A stretch of DNA of 64,000 bases, from contig NW_005434626.1 of assembly GCF_000315625.1 (NCBI RefSeq), positions 135,448 through 199,447 on the forward strand, read 5' to 3'. How positions within the stretch are numbered: position 1 is the first letter of the stretch; each line of letters starts with the position of its first letter. This DNA comes from Guillardia theta CCMP2712 (lineage: Eukaryota > Protista > Cryptophyta). The notes under the pieces are model-generated. The model was not told the DNA's origin. It made no database searches and was given only the letters and a program-made list of their open reading frames with translations. Of this stretch, positions 42,071 through 54,428 are shown piece after piece. The translations under genes were made by a program, and so were the position numbers.

Positions 42071-45000
42071 ATGGGGGAAGGGAGCAAGGATGGACACGGG
42101 AGGGAGGAGGAGAGGGAGAGGGAGGAGAAGGAGAGGAAGAGTGACAGAGATAGGAAGAAAGACAGAGATGATCGAGATCGAAAGTCATCCCGAAGATCCC
42201 GCTCCAGATCGAGATCGAGGGAAAGGAGGAGGAGGAGCAGGAGCCCCGACCGGAAGAAGGATCGGGATCGACGATCTCGCTCTCGCTCGCGAGACAGGAG
42301 AAAACGGAGCAGAAGCCCCGACAGGCACAAGAAGAAGGACAAAGACCGGCGAAGATCCAGGAGCAGGTCCAGGAGCAGATCTCGAGACAAGGATGAAAAG
42401 AAGAGGAAGCGGGACGAAGAGAAGGAGAAGCAGAAGGAGAGGGAGAGGGAGAGAGAGAAAGAGAGGGAGGGAGAGAAGGAGACGACAAAAGAAAGTGAAG
42501 ACAAAGAAACAGAAAAGGCCGTGGATAAGGAGAGAGAGAAAGAACTTGAAAAGGAAAAGGAGGTTGAGGAGGAGAAGAGGAAAGAGGCAGAACTGGAGCA
42601 GAAACGGAAGGAGCAAGAGGAGCTAGAAGAACAGATGAGAATCAGGAGAGAGAGAGTGGCTAAATGGCGCGAAGAGCAAAACAAGTCATCGGGAAATGCT
42701 GAGGAGGGTGCTGGCACCGAAAGTCATGACACCGAGATGGTGGAAGCAACGGAGATGGTCGAAGAAGAGACGAGCCAGCAGAAGCAGCAGATGGCGGAAG
42801 AGAACTACTTTGATAAAGACGACGACGACGAGGAAGAGATGAAGCCTGCAGCCATGGAGGAAGCCGGCGCTACTGAACCCCAGACGAATGAAGGAGCTGG
42901 TAAGGCGGAGGAGGAAGAGGAGGATCCCCTCGAGGCCTACATGAAATCCGTGAATTCTGAAGTGAAACAGCTCGAGGAGGTAGACAAGAAACGGATGAGC
43001 AACGTTGTGGACATGGACTCTATTCTGAAGATGAACAAGAATCAAGGTAGTGCAAACCAAGGGAAGTCCAGGTCCATGGAAGGATTGGGGGTTAGGATGG
43101 AAGTTGAAGACAGTATTCCCGACCTCGATGAAGAATTGAAGAGAAAGAATGAGGAGTTTGATATCAAGCAATGGTTAGAAAGTAAGAACCAATGTAGGAA
43201 TCTTAGACCTGTCGATCATTCTCAGATGAACTACGTGCCGTTTCGACGCAATTTTTACATAGAAGTGCCTGAAATCGCCAAGATGACCGATGACGAAGTC
43301 AAGGATTACAGGTCGACGTTGGATGGAATCAAAGTGCGAGGAAAACGCTGCCCGAATCCAATCAAGACTTGGTTTCAATGTGGTCTCAGCGATCGTGTCC
43401 TTGCTGTGATCAAGAAGTTGAACTGGAAGAAGCCAACACCTATTCAGTGTCAGGCGCTTCCTGTCATCATGAGTGGCAGAGATTGTATTGCCGTCGCAAA
43501 AACTGGATCGGGAAAGACTGCAGGCTATCTGCTTCCTTGCTTTCGCCATGTGCTTGATCAACCTGCTATCGAGATTGGTGATGGACCAGTTGCGCTTGTT
43601 TTTACCCCAGCAAGAGAGTTGTGCATTCAAGTCTTCTTACAAGCAAAACATTTCTTTAAGCATACCGGAGTTACAGGATGTGCAGTCTATGGTGGTGCAC
43701 CAGTGGCAGACCAAATTGCTGAGCTCAAAAAGGGGCCGCAGATTGTGATTTGCACTCCAGGCAGGATGATTGATATGCTTTGTGCCAATGCTGGAAGAGT
43801 AACGAATCTACGAAGAGTGACGTACTTGACCATCGATGAGGCTGACCGCATGTTTGACTTGGGCTTTGAGCCACAGATTACAAAGGTACTTGAGAATACG
43901 AGACCAGATCGCCAAACTGTCTTCTTCTCTGCTACATTCCCCAAGCAGATGGAAAATTTGGCAAAGAAGCACTTGAGAAACCCCATCGAGATGGTTGTCG
44001 GCGGTCGAAGCGTAGTGTCTGATACCATCGAACATTTTGTCGAGCTTCGTGAAGCGAGCACCCGCTTCCTACGCACTCTTGAGTTGCTTGGCGAGTGGTA
44101 TGAGAAAGGACAAATTCTGCTGTTTGTGGAAAGACAGGAAAGCTGTGATGAGCTGATGGGTATGCTAATCAAGCAAGGGTACGCGGCCCTTACATTGCAT
44201 GGTGGTATGGACCAAGCAGACAGAGACTCGACCTTAGCAGATTACAAGAATCAAGTTGCCAACATATTGATTGCAACCAGTCTTGCTGCGAGAGGCCTTG
44301 ACGTCCCGGGGTTGAATCTCGTCGTCAACTATGATGCTCCCTCGCACTATGAGGACTATGTGCATCGAGTGGGACGTACGGGAAGAGCTGGGAGGAAGGG
44401 TACTGCGTACACTTTTGTTGACCCGTCGCAACGACAGCTCATTCCTGATCTTGTTCGCGCCTTGACACTTTCAAATCGACCAGTCCCTAAGGTAAGATCC
44501 ATCCCTACCTCTCGTCTGCAGTATCTCTCTCACGTTTGTGATACAGGATCTGAGAGATCTCGTAAACGAAATCAAAGCCGAGAAGAAGAAGGGCAATAAG
44601 GTTGCCAAAGGCTCAGGCTTTGGTGGCAAAGGGTATAAGTTCGATGAGGCTGAGCAAGCCAAGATGAAAGAAGCAGCGGCGAGATCAAGAAAGCAGTTGC
44701 TGCTTCAGAATGGCGAAGAAGTATCTGACGACGAAGAAGAGCCCATGCAGGATGAAGACTTTGAAGAGCAAGCTACCAATCTCACTGTCCAACATCAGCA
44801 AAAAGTGGCTGATTGGTCGGCCAAGACGATTGAGAAGGAAAGCAACAAGGCATTCAATGACTTGGTAAAAAAGGCGACAGGAGGTCTTTTGCTCAAGGAC
44901 ATTGTCCCCACCAACGCAGCTGGTGTTCCAACGGCAGGCGCCATCGGTATGCCGTTCGAACGTAACATTTCAAACATGTCGTTTGATTGCGTTGCAGCTG

Positions 45001-45758
45001 GCGTTGCACATCAACACCCGACTGCTGCACCTCAAGCCGGGCAAGCCGGAGGTCAACCTTGACATGCAACCCTGGTTACACTGACACTCTTGCAGGAGCA
45101 CTTGTCACAAGCGACATCGCTGCCCGCGCCAAGGCTGCTGCGGCTGCTCTTGGTCTCACCGCCTCGTCCGGTGGGGCAGCAGCTCCGATGGCAGGAGGCG
45201 GAGCGTTGGTGACTACAGGAGGAAATCCGCCGTCAGCCATGCAAGCCATGGAGGCTGCCAAGAGAGCAGCCGCGGCCTTGGGTCTCGGGGGCGATGGGAC
45301 AGAGAATGATCATTATTCAGAAGAGCTCGAGATCAACGACTATCCTCAGGCAATTGCTCGCGACGAGACTTGTTGCGCACCTGACTGAACTCTCAGCACG
45401 CGAGATGGAAGGCGACTCATCGTGACAGCATCACTCCCATCATTGAGTTCTGCGATGTCTGCGTCACGGCAAAGGGCATCTACGTGAAACCGGGCCTCAA
45501 CCCCCCACCTGGCAAGTGCTCTCCCTCGTGACTCGCGTTGAACTGCCTGACTTTCGCTTTGGGCAGGCGAGAGGAAGCTTTATCTGCTGGTGGAGGGAGA
45601 TTCAGAGATGAAGGTCAAGAGCGCAATCAATCAGGTCATGAGCCACTTGCCTCTTGTAACAGAGTCTGACAAGCCCTCAGTTCAAGAAGTTGTTGCAAGA
45701 GGCCACGCTGGAGTCGGACGAGGCTCAACGTCCTTTGTTCTCCAAGTACACTGTGTAG
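42071..45758 (+). CDS. PRP5: Pre-mRNA-processing DEAD-box helicase Prp5/DDX46
   Basis: RS/RD-rich N-terminus, DPLEAYM, PTPIQ, AKTGSGKT, TPGRMID, NLRRVTYL, DEAD, SAT, ARGLD, HRVGRTGRAG. C-terminal KH-like ELEINDYPQHARWK...GERKLYLLVEG. Confidence 0.95.
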
Positions 45759-45916
45759 GGTCTACTACACTATACTTGTTTACTGGTTTCATGATTAAAA
45801 CTTTCTGCCAAATACTCGTTTCTTCCCATTCAACTCTTGTCTTTCACCTCAGGTGAAAGTTAGCCAAAAGCGGCGAAGAGAAGCGGCGAAGAGGAGTGGA
45901 GAGGAGGATTGGCAGC

Positions 45917-46516
45917 TCACGAGGTTGAGCTTGAGTGGTTCTGCGCTCCTTGTGTTGTCTTGTGCAGGAAAGTGTGCGGAGCCCAGGTGAACTCCGGGTA
46001 GACCATGGCGTACGAGGTCGAACTCCCGCTGTGTGAGTAGAGCTTATGCTTACTGCTGACAGACAAGAACTTTCTTCCTTTCATGCTCTTCTCAGCTAAA
46101 AGTATCTGGTCACTTGTGGCGTCTCCTGGGTAGCTAATCTGCACCGACTTCAGGCTTTTGAGCGACGACACTGTAGATGCAAGCGGCTGCGTTCTTGAAA
46201 GTCGATCCTTGCTGGCACGCAAGCTAGATGAGTGACCCTTCAAGATCGTGCGATCAAAATGAGGAAGATCATCCTCTTGACTCCAAATGTTCATGACATG
46301 CACTGTGAACGATTCTCTTCTTTGGCTCGGAGTCAACAGGCCATCGCGCTGCATGGGCAGCGATGGAGCTGCTTCCCTCACAGGATTGGACCTCTCATCA
46401 GAGACATCGCGTCTTGTTCTCATTGTCTTCTCTTGTCCATTCCCGACTCCTCCTTCACTATGAACCCTCCGCGCATGGCGCTCGATGCGGGTCCCTGCAA
46501 GCCATAGCGGTTCCAT
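45917..46516 (-). CDS. Hypothetical protein (199-aa ORF)
   Basis: ATG-initiated ORF, convergent with PRP5 and adjacent to an intergenic module. No recognisable domain. Confidence 0.4.
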   Translation of the reverse strand: MEPLWLAGTRIERHARRVHSEGGVGNGQEKTMRTRRDVSDERSNPVREAAPSLPMQRDGLLTPSQRRESFTVHVMNIWSQEDDLPHFDRTILKGHSSSLRASKDRLSRTQPLASTVSSLKSLKSVQISYPGDATSDQILLAEKSMKGRKFLSVSSKHKLYSHSGSSTSYAMVYPEFTWAPHTFLHKTTQGAQNHSSSTS

Positions 46517-46559
46517 GTTGGATCGATGTCCCGAGCTGGGTTCAGGGTGGGGATGAGGC

Positions 46560-48080
46560 TCGCGGGCCGCCCGGCCGGGCCCGGGGCTCGCCGCAACTTG
46601 AAGGCTCCGAGTCAGTGAGGCTCAGGCCCTGATGCCATAGCCTAGTACTCTGACTCTATCTCGGCACCGGCGTTCGGCCCGGCCCAGCCTGTACCGGCCG
46701 CTACCGGGTACTCAGTAGCCTAGTAGCGTACCGTCACGGTGGCACTGCGGCCGCAGTGAGTCCAGCACGCTCAGTTCCGAGCGGCCCACTGGGCCGGGGC
46801 CCGGCGCGGCCAGTGATAGTAGTTCGGAACTGGCTCAGCTGCCGCCGCGCCCAGGCGGGCCGGCAGGCTGACAGTGTCACGCAGTTCCCGGGGCCGCCGC
46901 ACCGGGCCGGGCCGCGCCCGGCCCGGGCCGCGCGGGGCGGCCCCTCCGGATCTCGGAGTCATGACTGTCGGGTGCCCTCAAATCTTATCCCACCGTCGGG
47001 GGAGATCCGTCTACGCCGTGACTACCCTACCTCCTTCTAAGGGACTACCCTACCTCATATACAAGTACCCTACCTCCGCTACATCACCGCGACTACCCTA
47101 CCTCTTCTTTGACGTCCCTACCTCCCACCATCCAAGCAGTGAAATGAGTCACCCCCAACCCCCAAATGCTCTACCCCACCGAGTACTCCACCCGTATCGC
47201 CTCTATCACCCCCATTCCATTCCACCCCACCCAAGTAGATATAATAATCATCTCGCTGGTGGGGTGGGGTGTATGCTGAGTGGCTGAAACATGCGCGGGA
47301 TCTTCTACTTGATGTGGACTACCTAGGGGTAGTTTTTATCAGGGGTAGGGGTGGGGCGGAAGATGACTGACTACCTACCCTTCGGATATTGAAAACAACC
47401 CCTGTTGCTCGCTTACCTCCGTTTTGTCCACCACTCGGAAACCTCCTAGGTATCACCCTACCCCCATAGATGACACATATAGTACCCTACCCCGCCATCG
47501 GATCTCGCTCTGAAGAGTCCCCAGCAGAATCGAGCCATAGACGAGTTGGTGTACCCCCCGGGTCCCTCAGGTCTACCCCCAAAACTCCCCAGGACCACCC
47601 ACCATTGATACTCATTCCCTCAAACCAAATTCTGATCACCCATCTTGATAGGGGAGCCTAGGGGTGTAGGGGTGTAGTAGGGTGCTGATGTTAATAGAGG
47701 GGGGGAGGGGGGGTGCTCGATGTAGATATCGAAGGTGGGGTGGGAGGTATTAAAATATTTAAGTTAATATGTCCACGTCGATGAAAGTAGAGGTTGCGTT
47801 GACCCCATCCTCTTTCACCAAGGTACCGGTCATTTTTCATCTCCGTTCCAAATTTGTACACTTGGTACCAATATTTGATTGAAACTTGGCAAATTATTTT
47901 TTAAAATTTCAAAATTTCAAGAATAAATTTCTCAATTTTCCCACCCCACTATTCTACTAGCGCTTTGTTGTTGGAGGACTTGGGACAACGGTACAGAAGC
48001 ACCTGCATGGTGGGATACCCCTACCCCCATTACATTATAGAAAACCACCCCCCCGTATCTCCCCTGCACTCGAGCGGCAG
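46560..48080. promoter_or_regulatory. Divergent-gene intergenic module (CCGG block, TACCC block, AT-rich block)
   Basis: GC-rich ccgg block 46560-46975, ctaccc-rich 47020-47750, AT-rich 47750-47940, immediately before the TM9SF start. Confidence 0.35.
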
Positions 48081-48082
48081 CC

Positions 48083-51000
48083 ATGGGCTCGGTCGTGGCG
48101 CTGGTTGCTCTCTCCCTGCTCCTACCGGCGCAGGTAAGCTGGATATGCTCGCTCTCAGTCATCTATGCCATCGACCTCCTCCTTCCTCTTCTTTCTGCTC
48201 GGCTCTTCTCTTCGTACATCGCGTTGCGCATCGCATTCTATGGATCATGCTGGATCACATGCCATAGCGTGGTCCAGCAGGACGTCGAGATGCTGGCTCT
48301 ATATTATCTTATGTTGCTCATCACACTGTTCTTGATGTTTTTCATTCTATGCCTGCTTCAATTATGTTCTTGTCGACGATTTGTACAAAGAGTGCGAGTG
48401 TCTTTCAACTTGTCTGTGCATGTTTGCTGTTGTGAGTTTGAGTTTCGCAGGCCTTTTACTTGCCGGGTGTTGCACCAAGAGCATTCAAAGATGGCGAGCC
48501 TGTCAAGATGAAGGTTCAGACTTTGGTGAGCACTGAGACTCCGCTGCAGTTCGACTACTATCAGGTGAAGTCTTCGACACATAACTGGAGGTCTTTTGTA
48601 ATCTTGGTCTTCCAGCTTCCTTTCTGCCAACCAAGGAGGGTCCAAGATTTGCCTGAGAACCTCGGAGAGGCTCTGGCTGGCGAGAAGGCTCACACCTCCG
48701 CTTACAAGGCGCGTGTGCGCGTGAATGAGTATTGCAAAGTCCTCTGCCGCAAGACCTACACCCCCAAGCAAATGGAAGAGTTTCAGGATTTTGCCATTCT
48801 TGAGGTAATCCATGTGAGAACCTTCTATTCCCACTCATCGTCATGTTCAGTACCGTGTGAACATGCGATTGGACAACCTCCCTGTGGCTGAGATGATCAA
48901 CTTCGCTTATGAGGACAAGCCCGACAAGACCATGCAGGTTTCAAAGAAAAGGTGATGCAGATGATTTCGAAATGATGTTGGATTTTCAAAGATTTACAAT
49001 CTTGGCTATCCCGTTGGTGGCAAGCTTGCTCCGGAAGATGGTTCCAAGAAAACGGTACATGCATAAAGGAATTACCAAGTTTGCTGATCAATGCTCAGTC
49101 GCAAAGCACCGACACATATGTCTTGAACAACCATTTGCGCTTCAAGATCAAGTATCACCCTGTTGACACTGGAGATGGCATCACCTCCGAGGGTGAGCGA
49201 GGCAACTACATTGTTGGATATGAGGTAAATCTCTGTGGATGCTGAGCCCTGCTCTGAGCCCCACCTCAGGTCATTCCTTTCTCCATCAAGCACACCTACT
49301 ACGGAAAGTGGAATCAGTCGGCCGTGCCATACCATCCCCTCACTACCTGTGCTGGAAGCCCTCCAAATGGTCGTTTCGAACGGTCTGATCACAAGTAGAA
49401 GTTGGGCTTCACTGAATCGCGATGCAGCCATCAGCCACAGGTCATTGACCCTGCTGAGGGCGGACAGGTCATCTGGACTTACGACGTTGAGTGGGAGCTC
49501 AGCGATGTCAAGTGGGCTTCACGCTGGGACGTTTACCTTCAGGTATTGTTGATAGCAAGAGTGAAAATGATCGTAATTGCTTGTTTTCAGATGACTGATG
49601 ATAACATTCACTGGTTCTCCATCGTCAACTCATTTGTCATCCTCATCTTCCTCACCGGGTAACAAGGGCTTAGTCTCACTTGAGTCTGCTATTTACACAG
49701 TTTTGCAATCAGTATTGTTGGGTTGATTATGACCCGCATTCTCCGCAAGGATTTTGCCAGATACAACGAGGTTTGTAATGTGTTGTTCGACCATTCGGAT
49801 AGTTAGTCTCACCGTCCAGGTTGCTCTTACTGAGGAAGAACTTGCGGAGGCCAATCGTGAGATGCGGTGATGTTTTCTTTGTGTGTCTGTGTGATGGGCA
49901 TCTCATCTGTCCGTACAGTGAGGAGACTGGCTGGAAGCTCGTCTACGCGGATGTCTTCCGTGCTCCTCCTTTTGGAAGACTCCTCAGTGTCATGACGGGA
50001 TCTGGGCTGCAGCTGTTCATTATGGTAGACTCGTTGTTGATAACCATATCCGAAGCAGCTAACTCTTGTCGGATAGACTATCCTGACCCTTCTGTTCGCT
50101 ACCTTGGGATTCTTGTCTCCAGCCAACCGCGGAGCACTTCTCTCCTCGGTGACTTTGATGTCTCAGATTTATGGTGTGCTCACTCGCTTTCAGGTCCTCG
50201 TCTTCTTCGTGTTGATGGGCCTTCCAGCTGGCTACATGTCGGCTCGTTTCAGCAAGATGTTCAAGGAGGTTCGATCGGGTGCTGTCAACTCGATTGCAAC
50301 CTGACATGGTTTGCAGGACAACCATTTCCAGACAGCCCTTTGGACTTCTACCATCTTCCCTGGAGTGAGTCCTTTGATTCACCCTCAATCAATCTTATCT
50401 GACTTGATGTTGGTCAGGTCTGCTTTGCCGTTTTCTTTGTGGTGAACCTTGTCGCTTGGGCGAAGCGATCGTCGACTGCAGTTCCTTTTGGTAGGCTCGA
50501 GACAATTTTGACGTGACTGAGACTTTCTTCAGGAACTCTCGTGGTCTTGGCTTTGTTGTGGTTTGGTGTTTCTCTGCCGCTCGTATTCTTCGGAGCCTTC
50601 CTGGGATACAAGAAGGACCCGATGACTGTCCCAGTGCAGACTAACCCCATCCCCCGTCAGATTCCTCCCCAGGTTTTTCTGTTGATTCTGATGTACATTC
50701 TCACTTACAAAAATAGCTCTGGTACCTGCAACTTCCATCTTCCATTGTAATGGGAGGACTTCTGTCCTTTGGAGCTGTATTTGTCGAGATGTTCTTCATT
50801 ATCTCGTCCATTTGGCAGGTGTAGGAATATTCAAAATTTCACGGCATGTCTGATCGCGTTTGCAGCACCGTTTCTATTACATGTTTGGATTCCTTGCACT
50901 GGTCTTCATCATCCTCATCGTTACCTGCGCTGAGATCACCATCGTCTTGTGCTACCTCCATCTGTGCGCTGAGGACTACCGGTAGGGAACGATGCAAGCA

Positions 51001-51373
51001 TGATGTGAATGCTTTCTGATGATGAGCAGATGGTGGTGGAGGTCATACTTGACCTCTGGTGCTGTCGCTTTCTACATGTTCCTTTATGGAGCATACCACT
51101 ACTTCACCAGAGCTCACCCTTCGGCTCACTTTGACTCTCTCGCATCGAGCGTCTACTTTGGGTAATAGATTCCGATTTCATTTTGTCCTGCGTGCGGGAT
51201 GCTGACCTTTGACTTGCAGATATCTGTTCATCTTCTGTTATGCAGTGTTTGTTTGCACTGGGTACGTTAACGTAGTGGTTTCACGGTCGGTCTGACTTGT
51301 TAACAGCTTCGTTGGGTTCTACTCGTGCTATCAGTTCATCGTTAAGATCTACAGCTCAATCAAGATCGATTAA
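48083..51373 (+). CDS. Transmembrane 9 superfamily / endomembrane protein 70 (TM9SF2/4-like), many exons
   Basis: Signal peptide, [66 protein letters not shown]-terminal IYSSIKID*. Confidence 0.95.
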
Positions 51374-51520
51374 GGGACAAGAGTTGGTCTCGGCGTTATG
51401 ACAGCCTTGAGCCGGCGTCTCTTCATGAAACATCTACTCCACCTGTGAATTTGAGCCTTTAATTAAAGAAGCAAGAGACCGCTGACGCGACTGTAAACAA
51501 TAGAGCTGGTGCCGGTAGTC

Positions 51521-53907
51521 TTAAATGGCACCGTAGAGCCTCACAGGGAGCTCCTGGCGCTTCCCCGCTCTCTTCCTCCTTGCCGCGACGATCAGGGCGA
51601 TCATGGCCACATTGAGAACCACGAGGATGGCGACAGCGGAGGTAGACGAACCAGCGATGCGCTGGAAGAAGGGAACCTCACGCACCCTCACTGAAGTCTG
51701 GGCGAGGGAGTGAAGGTTCTCGGAGAAGTAGTAGCCCGGCAGCTGGTTCTTGATGTGTGCCGGAAGGTCGTGCTTGTTAGCAAAGACACCAAAAACAGTG
51801 GAGCCAGTGTCGAAGATGACGGTGAAAGTCTGTCGAGGAGTTCCGATGCCGACGTCCATGAAGTACTGGGTTCCCTTCTGGTTCACGATGGGGATGCGAT
51901 CGACCTGCGTGAGAATCTCCTGGTGCTGGGCTGGGTACATGACCTCGTTGCCACGGAGAGCCCTAAGCTTCGCTACTGGAGCGCTGTTGAGCTCGAAGTT
52001 AGCCAGCACGTTTCTTGTGACAGGAACGTAACGCTTGTTGAGCGGAGCAATGCCGATGATGGGCTTGTGACCTGTCATATCGAACTCGACGATGTATTCC
52101 CGGAAGAAGACATCTCCGACGAGCAAGCCTTGCATGCCCTCAGGCGACGGCTGTACGCAAGTCTGATCGGTCTCGGCCAGGTACCATGAAGAGAAGGGGA
52201 CTTCCCAGGTCTTCTGCCCGATCTCCAACCAGAAGGATCTTCCCTTCTTCCAGTGCTTGGCGAAATCATCCCAAGGAACGTTCGCCAGCTGGCCTTGCAT
52301 GGAGTCCGCAGGGATGACCAAGCAGGAGGTGCCAGAATCCATGATAGAAGGAGCTCCGTAGTTGCGCTGAGCCTTGGACCTGAACTGCAGAAGCTCGACC
52401 GCTGATCCGTAGTTGTCACCAAACTTCAAGGAGGTGACGCCAACGATGAAGTCGTCGGAGGCCAACGCCGGTGTGTACCACATGGTACCTTGAGGCAGCG
52501 ATTAGCCCACAGCAAAGCACAAGTATGTTGGGTACCTGAGGTGGTTGCGGGATCGTATCCTCCAAGCTGAACCTCAGCAGCATCATCGGTGGAGAAGAAG
52601 GAAAACTTGCGCTTGAGGTTCGCAGCGTTAGTGTCCTGCAGCACCGTCAGAACGTCTGGCGCCATGCACTCTCAACACGCCACCTTGTTCTCAGCGTCGG
52701 TCATGGCAAACAACACAGGGGTCGGGAGGTCACTGCCAGCCTTGGGGAGACCGAAGCCGAGGATACCGTCGACACCATTGAAGTCAGGGCTGTTGCAATC
52801 GGTGATGACACCTGCGCTGTCGTCACGGCAGACACTAGCACACGCCGCCCGTACCGAAGGGAGAAGTAGCCTTGTAGTCGCCCATGTACACTTGATCCAC
52901 TCCAGAAAATCCCCTGAGGTGCGATCCATCCGCATAGTTGAGGTCGAAAGTCTGCAGCGAGAGGTCAAACTTGGCCCACAGGTCATCACAGGGAGGGTAA
53001 AGAGGTACCTGTGAGGTTTGGGCAACGAAGGTAGAGGACTTGCTCGCATCGAAATGCCTCGAGTCTTGGGGCCTGCGGTAGGGCGTCAACTTACATGACA
53101 CCAACATGTCTGTCATCGAACCTGTAGGCCTCATCGAAGAGCTTGTTGGACGACTTCTCATCGGCTACCTTGAACTTTCTGCTATGCATGCGAGCATGTC
53201 GGCTGACAGATGCGCACTAGAAAACGTTTCAGTCCACAAGAGACATGGCATGCATACAAGTACCTGAACCCTGAAGGATGGGTCGGTATCACAGGGAAGC
53301 TCGTCTCTGGCCATCTGCAACACAGTGAGAAACAAAAACAGAGAAGCGAAAGGGAAGGATGAAGAAGCAATGGAGTGCAAGTGAGAATTTTATCCTACCT
53401 GGTCAGCATGCTTCCTTGCAAAGTCGTCAAGCTCTCGAACGTCAGTTCGGACATCCTCCCTTGCAAAGTAGGCATTGAAGTCTGCAAACATGTAAGAAGA
53501 AACATTGATATGTTGATAGCCCGACAGCAAAGACTACCCTACACAAATCGCAAGTTGCAGCAAATGGGACCGAGATGATGAAGGCATCGAACAGAAAGAA
53601 GATGTCAAGAAGAAACGAAAGCATGACATTGGTAGGAGTCATTCACCAGAATTTAGAAAAGTGGGAGAAAAGAAATCAGCTCAACAATGATCATTCACGG
53701 CACAACTGGCAGCAACGTAGGTGAACAAAACAAGATGAACTACATGAGCAGCAAGTTACAATCAACTTGTAGCTTCGAAACCTCTCACTGGATTTGCTCA
53801 CCTCTTGCTGCTTGTCTTCCTGTCTCTTGAATCTTCGTGGGAACTGCCATGCCGACCCCCAACAGGCACGCCAGCGCCATGGCAGTCGCCAGCCCCCGTC
53901 CCACCAT
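51521..53907 (-). CDS. Pepsin-family (A1) aspartic protease, circularly permuted, with signal peptide and C-terminal TM anchor
   Basis: Signal peptide, HFDASKSSTF, flap LNYADGS, DGILGFG, QLGGYD, IMDSGTS, LLVGDVFFREYIVEFD, then YFMDVGIGTPRQTFTVIFDTGS near the C-terminus, followed by a TM helix and RRKR. Confidence 0.9.
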
Positions 53908-54428
53908 CGTGTCCCCTCTGAAGAGTCGTACCACCCTACCCCCAATTTAACGATATCTTTTCGGTGGATACCCACATATAAGGTAGGTAGGGTTCAAACG
54001 AAAACAATACACCGGTACATGGTCCCTAAAGAATTAGAACTAGAGGGTAGGGGTGGGGTAGGGGTACTAGTCAGAGTACGGGGTGATCCCTTTCGGTATA
54101 CTTTGCCCACATCCCCACTCATTCTGACTCTCACTGCCGGGCTTGAGCCAGGGCTTGAGCAGGGCTTGAGTAGAGCCTATAGTACGGCCCCCGTCACAGT
54201 GCTGGTCAGTGAGGGCCCGGCCAGTGATCGGACCGGCGGCACCGAAGGCCGGCAAGGCCGGACGGTCCGGCCAGAGCGCGGCCGAAGGCTCACGGGGGGC
54301 CGCTGGTGTTTCGACGGCGAACACTTAGTGACGTAGCACTAAGTGACTTAATTTGTTGATTCAATGACGCTGCTAGGCTACTGAGGCAGAACGGACTAGT
54401 CCTGAAGTTCACTGACATAGCCGTGAAA

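Noticed and set aside
42012-42717. Antisense Ser/Leu-rich ORFs
   Set aside because: They are shadow frames of the RS/RE-rich PRP5 N-terminus.
46756-47661. ORFs in the GC-rich and TACCC-rich intergenic region
   Set aside because: No motifs and biased composition. These belong to the recurring intergenic module, as do 6138-6479 and 19856-20173.
51710-52189. Plus-strand ORFs over the protease gene
   Set aside because: They are antisense shadows of a well-supported minus-strand exon.
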